A stretch of 60,939 bases of DNA, filler included, from Dugesia japonica (GCA_001938525.1; 5 parts of 5 records of this genome joined end to end with filler, not necessarily neighbours in it); one strand, 5' to 3'. Positions 36,053 to 49,231 are shown, counted from the first letter of the whole stretch. Numbers and translations: made by a program. The notes: generated from the letters alone by a model not told the origin.

Positions 36053-36865
36053 TTAGAAAAGCGCCTGTAAATTTTGACTAGTTTTTAAAAAGTTATAGTA
36101 ACTTTCGCTAGCAATGTGTCCATATCTTTCACAGTTAAAGCAGTTTTGATTACACGCTGATTGCCAATTATTTTGTCTACCATTACTTTCTCTTCTACAG
36201 TTATTAAATTGTCCTTTTTTATCCGATTGATTCTGATCTGGAGTCAACGATCTCAACAATGGTTGTGTATTGGCTGGTATAAAATCAGTTATATTTGCAA
36301 CTTTCTTTTCCTTCGCTTCCTCAATTTTGGAAATGCTTGCCTGTTTCTGTGAGGCTTTTACCTTTTGTGATTTTCCTGCTTCATTTATAGCTTCATCCAC
36401 CATTTTTGGTTGTCTTAAGTTTACCCATTTACGCACTTCTGCATTTCCTAGACCTTTAATAAATATTCCAAGAATTACTTTATCTTGGACATCTTCTCCA
36501 AGCGCTAATTTTCCGAGTCTTCATAGTTCTGTTGCAAAAGCCTCTAATGATTCGTCCTTTAGTTGTATTCTTGCCGTAAAATCTTGAACTTCCTGTCCTT
36601 GTAATGTCAATGGTTTGAAGTTAATTTCTAATAGCTTCTTCGCTGCTACCCATGTCTTTATTCCATCTTTGACCAACTTCGCTTTATATCAATATATCAA
36701 CTTTGCCGATCCTTTTAAATATAAGTGTAGTCGATCTACTGCCCTTTCCTTACACCATCTACATGCCTTTCGATGAATTTCGTAAGCCGCTATGAAACTC
36801 TCTAATTTCTCTGGAATGCCCGAAAAATGCTCATCATTGAACTCCGTCTTCAAATTCCGATCCAT
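36053..36865 (-). pseudogene. gag: Gypsy-type Gag (capsid domain plus degenerate zinc knuckle)
   Basis: FSGIPEKLESFIAAYE, LHLYLKGSAK, RIQLKDESLEAFATEL, FIKGL, CFNCERYGHIASES; no pol follows. Confidence 0.82.
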
Positions 36866-38600
36866 GTTTACTTTTAGTTCCGCTCATACGAATATTGTCA
36901 TTGTTCAACGTTTCATTTAGGTTTTTCGTCTCGTTATCAGACATATTTGAGTCGTCACTTGATTCTGAACTGTCACTGCAGAAATTATCCAATTGACTTT
37001 TCGGTCGATAAATTGTTATTACGCTGATATCTCCTTAATGCTCTGATGTCATAGGATTTGCTCTTCCTGAATTGGATTTGCTCAATGATATAGTACTGTA
37101 ATTGTATTTCGAATTGTCGATCGGATTTGTTTCTGTTTCACTAGTTTCGTATAAATTGTCTGCCGATTTCACTGAAGTTGATTGAGTTCCTGGTTCCGTT
37201 AAGAATGATTTATCGTATAGATTTCTGCTTTGTGGATTGAGCAATACTGATCTCTGTGTCTTGGCTGGATGTGAATTTTACTCGAATAAGATTTCTGATC
37301 CTTTGTTATATTTTGTAGATTGTATCTGTCAGTTTGGTTATCAATAATGAATTATCTGATTGAGTTCTCGATCGTTTGATTTACTGAATAACCCGAAAGT
37401 AAACTATAAAACACTCCAATTACATTACTTTTTTATGCATTTATCATTAATTTGCGTTAGCTTGTTATCCATTCATACACACTCTTTTTACACATACACT
37501 TTATTAATTATACACATTCTACACACTCTATTAATTCTTAACACATACTTTATTATTTCATAACACATACTTAGTTAACTCTCAATACATAATTTGTTAT
37601 CTCACTAGCAATTATTGCCGTTTACTTCATTACATACAGATACGTCTACTTGTTAATCACGTCTATTCATACCAAATTTTTATTTTTACATACTGCAAAC
37701 TTGTCTGATTTATTAATTTTACTTTACTCTCTAAATTTGCTATGCAGACCTTTAACCTTATTCATTTCACACTTTTGTTTACTACTCCACACACTCGAAG
37801 TTAACTTTTATACTTTATTCACACTCGTTTAACTATTTTTTAATTCTTGCACACGCGATATCTACTTTGTCGACTTACCTTACGCTTTAGAACCTTACGC
37901 TTTAGAATCATTTACTTTATCACAATATTTGAATTACATTTGGTCCACTTCGGCCATACTTATCCCATCTATACTTCACATTAGTACACATTAGTATCTC
38001 TACATAACTACAAATTTCCACAATACTCTATCCAATTTATCCATAATACTCTTCATATTCCACTACAACAATTATTTCACTACAATTCAATATCTCCAAT
38101 ATCTCGAATAACTTTTACTATCTCTTCGAAATAATCTCGTTTAATTTCGCTGCTAAATGTCATCAATACAATTTCATCTCTAATTTCATACCATTTATCA
38201 TTGTCTCAATGCTATTTCATTATTATCGATTTGATCTTCAACCGTGTTCTCCTTCCGTTGGCCAACCAGTAAGGTTCCAAGCATTTATTCCTGATCGCTT
38301 GCTCTGATTGGTGGTCGCGGTGACTCCAACCATGCAATATCACTACTAAAATCTCCTTTAAAATCTCTGCTAATCCTCTAAACAATTATCTCATTAAATA
38401 CTTAGTAACCGGTAGTCTATTACTTCAGTTCCGATTATCACATTCCACTTTCAATAACTCTAAGTAATCGATAGTCTATTATTTCAGCTTCGATTATCGT
38501 TTCCCTAATTTATAATCTCATGGAGTAGCTAGTAGTCTATTTCAATTCAGCTCTAGGCTCTCCAACTAATGTGTCACACTCTCAACTGTAATCTCTAGAA

Positions 38601-40330
38601 CAATGGTTCTCAACCTTTGTGAGGCCATGCCCCATCAAAGTCTCTTTAAAATCCAGATGTCCCCCATATACACAACAGATCGGAAAAGTTCCATAATCTT
38701 AGTACAAGTAATGTATTTTATAAAAAACAGAAACTACAGAATCAAGGTATGCAAAGCAAAACTAAACTTCATAAATATAAAACACATTTATTAAAAGCAT
38801 TTCAATAACCCGTCATAATTTTAATTATTCTTCACTAAATTGTACACAGCTAGTGAGATCCTTGTGCTTGATGCTTACNNNNNNGAGATCTTATATTAGA
38901 TACCAGTTTAGACAATTTTAGTCTTAAGTCTCCCCTTTCAGTGATATTCAATCGATTTTTTTTCTTCAGTAGCAAATCAGTAACAGCACTAAAGCCACAT
39001 TCAGCTAGATATGAAGATGGAAATGGCAGCAACAATTTCCTTGAAAATTTGGTTAAATTTGGATATTTAACCTCTGTCTCATGACACAACCATGCAATTG
39101 CTTCATTCATACTGAACAAAGTTTTCACTGAATCATCATTCTGCATGTCTGAAAATTATTCTTGGTACTGTATTGAAACATTAGTTACATTCACGTGCAT
39201 TGTTTGCATCACCCATGATGGTAAATCAATTTGCTTCAAATCAGAAAATTTTTCATTGAAATCAAATGCCAATATTTTCAGATGGTCCACAATGACAAGC
39301 ACAACAGCATCAGTTACCTCACACTTTTTTAGCCAATGAAGCAGTTCAAAGTTTCTTTCAGAAATATGTTTTTGACNNNNNNNNNNNNNNNNNNNNNNNN
39401 NNNNNNNNNNNNNNNNNNNNNNNNNNNNNNNNNNNNNNNNNNNNNNNNNNNNNNNNNTCCGAAAATATCTGCCAAGTAACTGACAAATGCTTTACCATCA
39501 GTGGTTAGTAGATTTTTCATTTCAGTCTTGTGCCTTAAAAATTCACCAAGAACATCAAATAGTTCCATGAATCTATTTAAGCAATTCCCCTTCGACAGCC
39601 ACCTGACCTCAGTGTGAAGTAAAAGTCTTACATGGTCTGCATTCTCATCTTTACAAAACTGCTTGAAGAGACGCTGACATTTGGCATTGGCTTTAATGGC
39701 ATTGATACATTTTATTACTGATTCCATAATATCATTAAGCACAGGAGAACCATTTTTGGCCACTAAGTTCTCTCTATGAATAACACAGTGCATTCTGAAG
39801 CATGTCAGGATTCGCATCTTTCATTAATTTTAAGCAACTCGATTTCTTCCCCATCATAGCCGGAGCACCATCTGCAGCACAAGATGTTATGTTTTCCATT
39901 GGTATGTTATTGGCATCCAAATAGTCTTTGAACTTTTTGTATATATCAGAGGCCGTAGTGGTGGTCTGTAAAGATTTGCAAAAAAATAGTTTTTCAGCAA
40001 ATTCATCTTTATCAATATATCTTACATTGACCTCATTATCCCTTACAGTTGATTTATCCAGCTGTAGCGAGAAATTTCTNNNNNNNNNNNNNNNNNNNNN
40101 NNNNGTTTCAATGTCATCACTCATTTCATCTATTCTTCTGACAGTATCATTACTAAGTGGCATGGCTTTCACATCTCTGTCATCTTTTTCCAGAACTGTT
40201 TTAATATATGCAGATATTGCCGGTTTAAGTAATTTCTCCCCTATAGTATGATTTTTCCCAGATTTAGAAATGAGTAGGAAAATTTCATAGCTAGCCTCAA
40301 GAATACGACTGATCGAAACAGTTTGTGCAG
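38601..40330 (-). mobile_element. Buster-group hAT DNA transposon (ZBED5/8-like transposase), 5'-truncated and frameshifted
   Basis: FSLQLDKST, ADGAPAMMG, HCVIHRENL, EVRWLSKG, PFPSSYLAECGFS, QAQGSH; TIR-like CAATGGTTCTCAACCTT at 38601, flanked by 8-mer CTCTAGAA (nnnTAnnn). Confidence 0.92.
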
Positions 40331-42502
40331 TTAACCAATCGCTTCGTTTATCTTTGGCATCATTAATTCTCATGCATTAATCTCGCCATAATATCTCTTT
40401 TTATCCTCATTATTTCTCTTCGTTATTACTCATATTTCATCAATCATTAATCCCCATTCAATATCCTTATTTTGTTTCCTCATCATTTTAATCTATTACA
40501 CCTTTAACTTTATTAATCCAATCAATTGTCTTTTAATTCAACTTCTCAAATCTTTTAATTCCTTGTCAATTGTCATCATTATCCGCTTCCTTTGTCATTG
40601 TATTTCTAGTTCACTCATTATACATTCAAATTATTCATATTGATTCTTCATTTAATCATCTTCATTTCCATTTAAATCTTCCATATTCCTTATCATTTTA
40701 ATCATATTCACCATTTTTTACGTGTGTGATTTATCTCCATTATCATCGCGTGTACTTTTACTAATTATTTCCTTGTTTTGATTTAATTTCTTTGATTTTC
40801 CTCCTGATGTTCTTTGCTGAGCATTTTATCTGAATTCCGTAATCATTATTATCGTTGACGTTTCTTTTTATTTCTCGCATAACACTTGATTTTCTCTTTG
40901 ATTTCCTCGTAATCCTTTGTATCTCAGAGACTATTGCATCTACTCCTTTGTTAATTTAAATTACCTTTTATTCATTTCATCTTGTAGATATCCTGATTTT
41001 TATTCGCACTTCTAGTGTAAAAAGCAATTAAAAATCAACTCATTATTTTTCCTGACTTCCAAATTGCTTACCACTGACTCATTCAAATTTATCTCATTTA
41101 CTCGATGTTTAATCGATGTTCTTGATAGAGGGAGAAACAAAAATNNNNNNNNNNNNNNNNNNNNNNNNNNNNNNNNNNNNNNNNNNNNNNNNNNNNNNNN
41201 NNNNNNNNNNNNNNNNNNNNNNNNNNNACAAGTCACTTTTAATTTCTTTGACCATGGACAATCCATGTCATGATTTACTCGATTTCTTTGTAATTACTGA
41301 TGTTCATTGTCGTTTCATCTCAGTGGTCGATCCGAATCAGCCGTTGACAANTCCTTCGATTCAACCACTTTGATTTACTCAGACTTTCATTTAACAATTA
41401 TTAATTTAGTTGATTGTACGATCATTGAGTCCAGAGTCCACGAATATCCACTTCCATGATTGTTCATAGTGGGCGCTCGTATACTCTAACTTTTTCCACC
41501 GTTTAATTAACTTATCTTTATCATTATTTCCATCATATTGTTGTTAATTGTGTCTCAATCCCATAACCAATCGTGCTTGAGCTCTGCATTTCTAACTCCG
41601 ACATGATTGATAACTCAATCTTACACTTCTCTTTCATTATCTAGATGTTNAAATGTGTCTTGATCTTGTTACACGATCCAGAACAGTNTTTATCATTCTA
41701 ACTTTTCCGGACCCGCCAATACGATGTTGCACTTCTCTTTTGATATAACGATGTTTAAATTTCACTTTCATTGCTTGTTCGAGGTTTACGACAAATCCCA
41801 TTTATCATCACTTATATAATAGTGTTTTGATTGAACTCTCGAGCCAAGTGTGATAACTCTGAATCTGTCTTGTTAATTCATTATCTTGCAATAATTTCCT
41901 TGTTTCTGACACTGAAGTTATTGAAATGTAATATTGTAATTATCTCCACTTAATTATATCATTAATTAAAAGATTATTATAAAAATTCATTATTGCTATC
42001 GACACCAGATTTTATTTATTAATCATTGTTATTTATGTTTATCATATTCATCAAATCATAAAATTGGATTACACTCAATTTAACTTTATAACAAATTTTC
42101 CTTTAACCATTTTTGAACAGGCAAGTAGTGTATAATATGATTGTTAAACATAGAAATAAGAAAATTGATGGTACGAAAATTGTATTGTTGCTAACACAAA
42201 TATTTACACAATAGTCTCCTGGATATCAATGGTTTCATCAAGTGGTAACAGAATTTGCTGTAGTGTAACCTTGATTTTAGCACTTAATCGCTCCGACATT
42301 TTAGCAAATTCTTCTACTTTAATTTGCGTAGAACGTACTTTCGGCAGTAGTTGTTGTTGATACGGATTCAACTCGGTAGATCTGATAAGCAGAGACATCA
42401 ATTCTTCTTCTCGTTGTTCTTGTCTGAATATCACCTTCGAGAGTCGATCGTTGTACAGCTTTTCTTTCGATTTTCTTTTCGATACCGATAAAAATATTTA
42501 TT

Positions 42503-44375
42503 GTGCGCATAATACCAATAGTAGCAATGGCATGGCCTACAAAGATTGGAATTCAGACGGCAAAATTATATGAAATAAACAAGACTACAACAGCAACCAG
42601 TGGAGCAAATAAAACAGTCAAAATGATGGATAAATGGCTATATGTAGTACTAGCATTAGTAATGGTAAAAGTGACTCATAGCGAAAATATGTGGACAACG
42701 GTTCCAACAATAATAACGGATCAAAGTAAAGATGAGAGCAGCAAGCATTGGATAATAATACTATCAGTAGATATAATAACGTCCATAATAATGGCATTGA
42801 TTTTAATAACGATCGCGTCAAAAGGAGAAAAAGCGGATAAACGAAGGGCAATTGAAATGGAAGTGCCCAGAGGAACAAGTTTAATGCTGATTCCAGGAAA
42901 ATTATGGATATATATGATAATAATTGTGATTATGCTACGAGTCATCAATTGGGATGAATGCTACGATTATGAGGATGTACATACAGAGCATCGACTATAA
43001 ATAACGAAATTTGAAGTAAAATTACAGACGGTATCGAGAAAAGGATGGCAAAGAATTATGACAACAGGAGGTCAATACGAGAAAACAGAAAACTATACGT
43101 GGGTAGAACCAGGTATAAAGGTCCAAGGACGAGCGATGAGAGTCAAGATATTCCAAGACTCAGAGCGAGTAACTATTGATTTACAGTAGATATAACAACA
43201 ACAGGAAGTACAATAAATACCATATGGAACAAGAATAGGGGAACCGGGGAGAGAAGGAAGAGAAATATTATACCATCAAAAACCAGTCGGGCTATTCGAG
43301 TTATCCCGAGTTTTTCTTCTACAGCACTATAAACACTTCCATATAACTGAATTAAGAAATTAGCAAAGATCAGTATGGGACGAAAAGGAGCACCATTGTC
43401 AAAGAAAACAAATATCATACGTATCGCACACATGGGTATTTGACCCTTACGGATTTTTGAAGCATTATGGATAAAAAGAAGTCAGAAAATTGAAGAAAAA
43501 GAGACATACTATCCTATGTAGAATGAAGCTCCTCTGGAATTCAGATAAATGCGATATGAAACCTCATCGAATTATCAGTGTTACGTAAAAGAAATCAAAA
43601 CATGCGAATCGGACATTATGGATCACCTCGAGACTGGGTAAATGGTGATTTATGAATAGCATATCAGTGGGGTGAAAAGCAACAAGAATTAAAACATGAA
43701 ATAAACTTAAATAATGGAATATGGTGTGAATTAGAATATATGATAGTATGGGAGCTACTACCAGATAAAACGGTGAAACAAGTCACTAAAACAAGAATTA
43801 CAAAAAAGATAATAAGTACCCCAGAAACAATCACAAAGTTAATCAGCAAACAGAAAACGACAAGATATCGAGAAACGACAAAGTCAGCAACAACGAAAAG
43901 GAGTAGTATAAATAATATCACAGAAATCAACACTATTAGTAAAGGAGAAATGATCAAAGTGAATCAACACAAAAACAGAAAGAAAACGAACAAAAAATCC
44001 GAAACCTCGATAAGAGTGCTGAATCAAGAGGAAAACGAAATGATTGAAAGATTAATGGTAAAGATAGCAAAAGCTAACGATATAAAAATCCAACCAGGTG
44101 AGCTAAAGCAATTCGAGGATAAAACGACGACAACGACAATACCGGAAACCGATAATGGATGGTCAATGAGACTCATCGGAGGAGTCGGCGGAATAATAGC
44201 AGCAATGGTGTTAGTAATTACATTTATTTTGTGTGTCAAAGCGAGAAAATTACAATATGCGAGGCCAAAGATTAGTAATGAGTTATTAGAATTAACCGAC
44301 AAATATTTACATTCACCTAAAGGGATGGTGAGAACCAGTGCCTCTGAGAGAAAGGCCGGCGGAGATATGAGGTAA
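42503..44375 (+). pseudogene. Type I membrane glycoprotein-like (env-like) reading frame, decayed
   Basis: Signal-like KWLYVVLALVMVKVTHS, further hydrophobic stretches, Thr-rich stalk, TM IGGVGGIIAAMVLVITFILCV; followed by a purine tract (44377-44391) and TG. Confidence 0.45.
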
Positions 44376-45633
44376 TGAGAGAGGAGAAAAGTTGTGTAAA
44401 TAGTTAAAACTCGAAATGTAATAGTAGAGTTTCATGTAGCGAATTCAATGGATCACAAGTATTACGGAAAATTGAGAGGTATGTGAGTAAAGTGAAATCG
44501 AGGCGACAATCCCAGATACCTAAATTCCTATATATTAAATAATGAAAGACAGTTCGAGTAAAACGTAAAGTATAAAATACCCAAATAAAAGCTACCTAAA
44601 ACAAAAGAGATACAATGCTAGCCCAGCTCAATAAATCTAATAAATAATCTGATTATACCTTTAAATGCCTATTATATTACAATAAAGAGAACTAAAATTA
44701 ATAATTATAATTCTCAGAAATGTCATCGATAAATAAATTCAAATACCCAGTTCACCAACAAGCAGTCCAAAGAACAGAGGAAGAATTTCGAGAAGAAAAG
44801 ATGAGTTGTTCCATCAAACACAACATTGGAAGAACCCGTGTTATCAAGCACAAATAGAACGAAAAGAAGTTATACAGGAACTGCGAAATAAACGAAAACG
44901 ACTAAATATGATGTTAGAGGACCGAAAGACGGAGATAAAATGGAATTAGAAAAAAGTAATAATGCTAGAAGCTACCATCGAAAACAATAATTTAGCCAGA
45001 ATCCAGGCTCATGGATCCATTTCGAACGGATCCACAGAGAAATACAAGATAAAGAAAGTTACGAATATGAGAGTCGAAAATGGAAAGAGGTTTACGAGGA
45101 AAGCTTGCTAACTATTCAGAATCTGGATAATGGCACAAAACATCTTATCAATGAGAATGAAAGGCTAGAAAATGAAAGCGTTACGTATGAACTAAATCAT
45201 TATATCTTCTCAGCATTTTTTTTGGCAGTATTATGCTGCATCGCATGTTTAATTCTAGTAGTTCTACGCTGCATTTTATTCAATCAGAAAATCTCTAAAC
45301 CGAATCTCGACTGCATTCCAATCAATCTGCGATAATCATCTTCGATAGACTAAAATTCAATAGTTTTTGATAAACAGTAACATTATTTGTTTTTGTGATC
45401 CAGTTGAAAATAACTATTTTGTGATCCAGTTGACAATAATTAATTTGTGATCCTTAACTATTAAATAATGTTAACATATATGTAGAATAAAAGTATTTTT
45501 ATTAATTGCTTATTTCTAATGTTTTTTCTCTCTGTTCTGACTAATGAGTGTCTTGCCTTGTTCTGATGAAAATTATAGAAGGAAATAAATTAAAGAGTAA
45601 TAAGAAAATGAATAAAAATATAAATAAATAAAT

Positions 45634-45733
45634 NNNNNNNNNNNNNNNNNNNNNNNNNNNNNNNNNNNNNNNNNNNNTTAATTAATTAANNNNNNNNNNN
45701 NNNNNNNNNNNNNNNNNNNNNNNNNNNNNNNNN
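45634..45733. other. Artificial contig linker
   Basis: 44N-TTAATTAATTAA-44N. Confidence 0.97.
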
Positions 45734-45745
45734 AATGTTTTTGAA

Positions 45746-48700
45746 GTGGATAATAAACAAAAAATAAAACCACTTTTAATTAATCATTATGAAACAAAAC
45801 CTAAACCTGAAGAAAATAAGTGTAATTTATTATTTTACAAAAATCATTATATCCTTTGTAGAGATGTTAATGTTTTTGTTCGAAATGGAACCAATTCCAA
45901 TCATTACTGTTTAGGGTGTATGAATGCTTATAAAAATACATTAACATTAGAAGAACATCAAAAAGAATGCATTCATCAAGAACCAGCTGCCATTACATTT
46001 CCAAAAGATGAATATTATCAATTTAAAGATTTCGATTTCGTAAATAAAATTCCATTTACACTTTATGGGGATTATGAAACTTACACCGATACCAAGACTA
46101 AAAAACAAAAACCATTATGTATGGGGGTTCAAATTGTAAGTCAATATCCGGATTTAATTCCAAATAAATATTTAAACTTTCCTGGTGAAAATACTATTGA
46201 TTTATTTTTAAAATTTCTAAAGATATTTAACAACTTAGTCGATACTATTTTAGAAAAAAATTAATAGAAACATACACTGGAACTGACCACCCAGCATTCA
46301 CTCCAGAAACTAAATGTAGATATTGTGATGAAATAATATTAGAAAATCCAGTAATTGATCATGACCATTTTAATGGAAAATTTCGTGGATATGCACATTC
46401 AGTTTGTAACATTAATGATCGATCAATAAAAAATTTATTCATACCATTTTATTTCCACAATGGAGCGGGGTATGATAATCATTTATTCTTTACGGAATTA
46501 ATGACAAAATATCCCGATGATGTTATAAAAATAATACCCCATTCCGATGAAGAATACATTTCCTTTCATTATAGAAAAATAAGGTTTCTAGATTCAAATA
46601 AATTATGTCCATTTACACCTGTTGAAAAAATGGGTCAAATGTTATTAAAAGCAAATAGATTTCCAATTACACAATCTCATGGACTAATACCAAAGAAAGC
46701 GCATTATCCTTATTCCTATGTAAAAGGAAAAGATATTCATGAAGTTCAAAAATTATTAAAAAGAAATCAAACCCCAACAAAAGATGATTTCTATAATGAT
46801 TTAAGAGAATCCCCAATGTCCGAAAGTGATTATCAAGAATTTTTAATTGACTACAATCAAGTTCAAGAAGGTGGGCAAAGGAAATTTAAAAACATGTTAA
46901 AATATACTTACCATTATAATAAATTAGACGTAACCATACTTGCAGATTTTATAGAAACACTCCGTGACTTTTCCCTAAAATTTTATAAAATAGATCCATG
47001 CTATTGCTATACCGCACCAGGTTTAACTTGGAGAGCGGGAATGCGATTTACCAAGGCGAAATTAAAATATGCTAAGCCGTGGACCTACGACATCTTTTTA
47101 ATGATCGAACGTGGAATTCGTGGAGGGTATTCCGGATTATGCGGCAGCAGATTGGTATTACCCTTTAACGAAAAGACGCCACATAAATCATTTACCAAGG
47201 ATGAAATGGAAGAACTCCAGAAATTAGCGCGGGAAGGAAAACCAATGGATGATTTAATGCGGGAATCATATTTAAAATATATCGATGCAAATTCTCTATA
47301 TGCAAGCGCCATGACCAAACCCCTTCCAACAGGCGAGATTCACGAAGTAAAACCAGAAATGGAACCAAGTGGCGCATTAACATATGAACCCGCAACTCCA
47401 GAAATGAATTTTATTTATGCCGTCGATCTAGAATATCCACCAGAGATTCATGATAAAACTTATGATTATCCACTAGCGCCAGAAGTATTAAATATTAGGG
47501 AAGAAATGTTAGGACCCTATCAAAAGTCTTTTAAGAAAAAATTACAAAAAGAAAATATAAAACTTACACTAAACCAGTATGATAAAAAAAATTATGTCAT
47601 ACTTGGAAGTACACTAGATCTCTATGTCCAATTAGGAATTAAAATAACTAAAATTCATAGGAAATGTTACATGCCAACATCCCAATGGCTAAAACCCTAT
47701 ATTGAATTCAACATTGAGCAAAGGAAAATTGCCAAGGAAAATCACGATGATTTCGGTGATCATTTCTTTAAATTGTTGAATAATTCGTTCTATGGGAAGA
47801 CCCTAGAAAATATAAGGAATCGATGTGATGTGCAAATTGTTGCAACCGATAAAAAAATTAGGAAATTGGCATCAAAACCCTCATATATTGGATGCAAAGT
47901 TTTTACTAAAGATGGCGAACGCGTTGGCCACGTTGTGGAAATGCATATGCGCAAGCCAAATCTGAAGTATAATAAATTTCAATATATCGGTTTTACGGTT
48001 TTGGAATATGCTAAAGAAATAATGTACAATTACGTTTATAATGAAATGCAAGAAAAATTAGGTAGAAAAAATTATGATATTCATTATTCAGATTCTGTAA
48101 CTCATGATACTCCAATAATTTTACGGAACAAAACCTACCCGGAGGGTGGTGATAGTGAACCAGAAATTAAAATGATTTCAGAAATTACAGAAGATTTTAT
48201 ACCAAGACCAGACGGCAAAGAATATGCAGAAATAAATGATTATGAAATATGGGCAAAATCTGGATGGGTGAAATTAAATAAAGTCATCAGACATTTTACA
48301 AATAAAAAGATTTATAGAGTCACAACAAAAATGGGGGTAGTTGATGTAACTGAAGATCATTCATTATTAGATGAAGAGTCTGAACAAATAAAACCAAGTG
48401 CGTTAACCCCGGAAACAAAATTACTACATAATAGAATGTTTAAATTAACTACTAAATATTGTTTTCAAAGTATAAATCGAATTATAGAAGATAAAGTATC
48501 ACTTGCAAAACTATACCATATTGGATCATCATTAGGAATGAATTTATTTATTGAAGAAGAAGAAAATGGATTTAATATTTCAAAATTAAAAATAAAATTT
48601 GAAATTCCAACAAATGTACAAAGTGTTAAATTTTTAAGAGAGGGACCGGAATGGGTTTACGACATCGAAACCCAAGATGGGACATTTAATTGTGGATTCC

Positions 48701-49191
48701 CCCTAATAATTAAAAATACTGATTCACTATTTGTTCAAGTTTATGGAAAAGAAAATTTAGTAAAATTTGAAAGTACTTTAGGTGATGAACTTTTCCAAAT
48801 GAAAGACGAGTTAAAAGATTCCACTATAACCAAAGCATGTTTCATCAAGGCAAAAAGTTATGCATATTAACACATTAAAAATGATAATCTAGTTTTTAGT
48901 AAAAAACATAAAGGACTTCAATCTTTTAATAAAATTAAAATGGAACAATTTGAACAAGTATTAAATACCCCAGGGGCAGTAGTTATGGGAAAAAATCATT
49001 CTATAAGATCAAGAAATCATGAACTTGAGGTTATTAATCAAGATAAGATAGCATTTGGAGCTTATGATGATAAAAGATTATTATCCAAACATGGGACTAA
49101 ATCATGGCCAGCAGGAAATAAATTTTATTGTGAAAAATGTCACATTTTTCATTTGAGAGTTGATTTATTAAATGGAAAATTAGTATGCTAA
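45746..49191 (+). pseudogene. polB: Protein-primed DNA polymerase B with EndoVII-like insert and an intein; frameshift at the A-run 46254-46260 and in-frame TAA at 48868
   Basis: YGDYETY, CRYC..DHDHFNGKFRGYAHSVCN, FHNGAGYD, YNKLDV, YIDANSLYASAM, KLLNNSFYGKT, YSD//TDS, KHKG, YDDKR. Confidence 0.96.
48094..48717 (+). mobile_element. Intein (208 aa, no intact homing endonuclease) inserted in pPolB motif C
   Basis: Block A SVTHDTPIILR, block B DVTEDHSLL, block F WVYDIETQDGTF, block G LIIKN followed by +1 Thr; removal restores HYSDTDSL. Confidence 0.95.
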
Positions 49192-49231
49192 TATTTTAAT
49201 ATTTTTATACTTCAATTTATTTATAATTAAA

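Noticed and set aside
38255-38336. Candidate primer-binding sites (minus-strand TGGTTGGCCAACGG and TGGTTGGAGTC) upstream of gag
   Set aside because: I could not match either confidently to a tRNA 3' end, and no second LTR is available to define a boundary.
38850-40373. Domesticated host ZBED/SCAND3 gene
   Set aside because: Frameshifts, 5' truncation and an adjacent TIR with an nnnTAnnn flank indicate a decayed transposon copy.
40340-42450. Purine-skewed minus-strand sequence that may be decayed retroelement coding DNA
   Set aside because: No motif could be recognised, so no call is supportable.
48094-48717. Spliceosomal intron or hedgehog-type Hint domain as the explanation for the pPolB insert
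   Set aside because: No GT-AG ends, the frame is fully open, and the terminal Asn plus +1 Thr within a catalytic motif is diagnostic of an intein.
45746-49191. Giant virus (NCLDV) genome, suggested by the Mimivirus-like intein
   Set aside because: The extein is a protein-primed PolB among Polinton genes, and no NCLDV-specific core genes are visible.
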